DNA of 64,000 nt from Leucoraja ocellata (lineage: Eukaryota). Of this stretch, positions 62,601 to 64,000 are shown piece by piece. A program made the position numbers and the translations under genes. Numbering within the stretch: the stretch's first letter is position 1; each line of letters opens with the position of its first letter. The stretch covers positions 62,001 through 126,000 of the forward strand of contig JAWMAR010000647.1 in NCBI GenBank assembly GCA_036785375.1, given 5' to 3'. The notes under the pieces were generated by a model. It was not told the DNA's origin, searched no databases, and worked only from the letters and a program-made list of their open reading frames with translations.

Positions 62601-63502
62601 TCCTTCCTACACAAGGATTGTGTTGGAGTAACTCAATGAGTCGGGCAGCATCGCTGGAGAAAAATGATGAGTAACGTTTTGGGTCGGGGGTGGGGTGGGG
62701 TGGGTGGGGGCATAAGCTAGGATGTCTAAAGAAGAGTCCCCTGTGGGAAACAGCTTCATGATCCCCTCCACAGGTGTTGCCTGCGCTGAATTACTCCAGC
62801 ACTTTGTGTGTTGCTCAAGGCATATTGGGTGGTTAGGTTTGAGGTAATAGGAATACGGGCGGATAGTGTTGAAATACATCCCTCCCCCTTTGAACTACGA
62901 ACGCAACTGTTTGAATGAGCTAATTTTGACCTCGTAATCTGTTTCTATCGAAACCCTATAATTTCCCTTCGGTTACTTTTAAACGAGGCTGTGGTCCGCT
63001 GAATGGAAACACGGAATTCAACAAGAAATGCCAAGACCCTGCAGAACTGCTCAGTCAGTGTGTAGTTTCCACTATCACTTGATCAAAAGTGCAGAGGGCT
63101 CTAAAAACGCAACGGTGAAATGCAAAAGCGCTAATCTCTTTCAACCCCTTCCGCAGCGTCTGAGGAAACGGCGAGCATTAAAGGCACCAGGTGGAGGCGG
63201 AGGTTGAGTAAACGATGAACACCAGATTGTGGATGTGAGCAGTAAAGAGAAATACTTTTATTTCTAAGCTCCGTTCCTGATCCGGAGAAACCCAACCCTT
63301 GTTAAGTCGCAAAGTCGAAAATGCAAGTCCATTAAGCTCGTAGAGATTTGTGGCTTTTAACAGTTTGTTAATATTGGTTGCGGCGTAATTAATGAGTCGG
63401 GATAGTTTAAATAGCTCTCCAACTTTTGGAAATGGTACCATATCATGTTTTGAGTCCCACCCCAGGGAGGGGCATACGGTGACTGCTTTTGAAGTGGCTT
63501 AG

Positions 63503-64000
63503 ATAGAAAACATAGAAAATAGGTGCAGGAGTAGGCCATTCGGCCCTTCGAGCCGCCATTCAATATGATCATGGCTGATCATCCAACTCAGTATCCTGTA
63601 CCTGCCTTCTCTCCATACCCCCTGATCCCTTTAGCCACAAGGGCCACATCTAACTACCTCTTAAATATAGCCAATAAACTGGCCTCAACTACCTTTTGTG
63701 GCAGAGAATTCCACAGATTCACCACTCTCTGTGTGAAAAATGTTTTCCTCATCTCGGTCCTAAAAGATTTCCCCCTTATCATTAAACTGTGATCCCTTGT
63801 TCTGGACTTCCCCAACATCGGGAACAATCTTCCTGCATCTAGCCTGTCCAACCCCTTAAGAATTTTGTAAGTTTCTATAAGATCCCCCCTCAATCTTTTA
63901 AATTCTAGCGAGTACAAACTGAGTCTATCCAGTCTTTCTTCATATGAAAGTCCTGACATCCCAGGAATCAGTCTGGTGAACCTTCTCTGTACTCCCTCTA
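63503..64000 (-). mobile_element. Young CR1 LINE 3' part (runs off the window)
   Basis: [11 protein letters not shown]...[14 protein letters not shown]; near-identical to 7467-8276. Confidence 0.95.

Overview
Vertebrate genomic DNA, most likely a skate or ray. That assignment is an inference from HE1-type SINEs and the CR1/Penelope repeat families. The only host gene I can support is a BET-family bromodomain gene on the minus strand, BRDT-like. It has 11 coding exons between 32225 and 5752, all with consistent reading phases, giving about 690 aa with BD1, BD2, motif B, ET and SEED. A CpG-rich putative non-coding first exon and promoter lies at about 41.2-41.5 kb. The rest of the window is dense transposon debris: a Tc1 element, a near-intact Mag/Gypsy gag-pol, a Buster-type hAT fossil with a nested L1, a hAT MITE, a Helitron-like element, CR1, RTE, Rex1/Babar and Penelope fragments, and SINEs. 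The most notable observations are: a Helitron-like element carrying an apparent captured SAC3D1-like exon end; many minimal hammerhead-ribozyme motifs in Penelope-derived repeats; a BRDT that appears to stop without its C-terminal motif; a GC-AG intron and an in-frame, stop-free 81-nt intron; a locally templated inverted duplication at a retroelement 5' end; and high-complexity patches where expected element termini are missing. I found no convincing novel multi-gene system.
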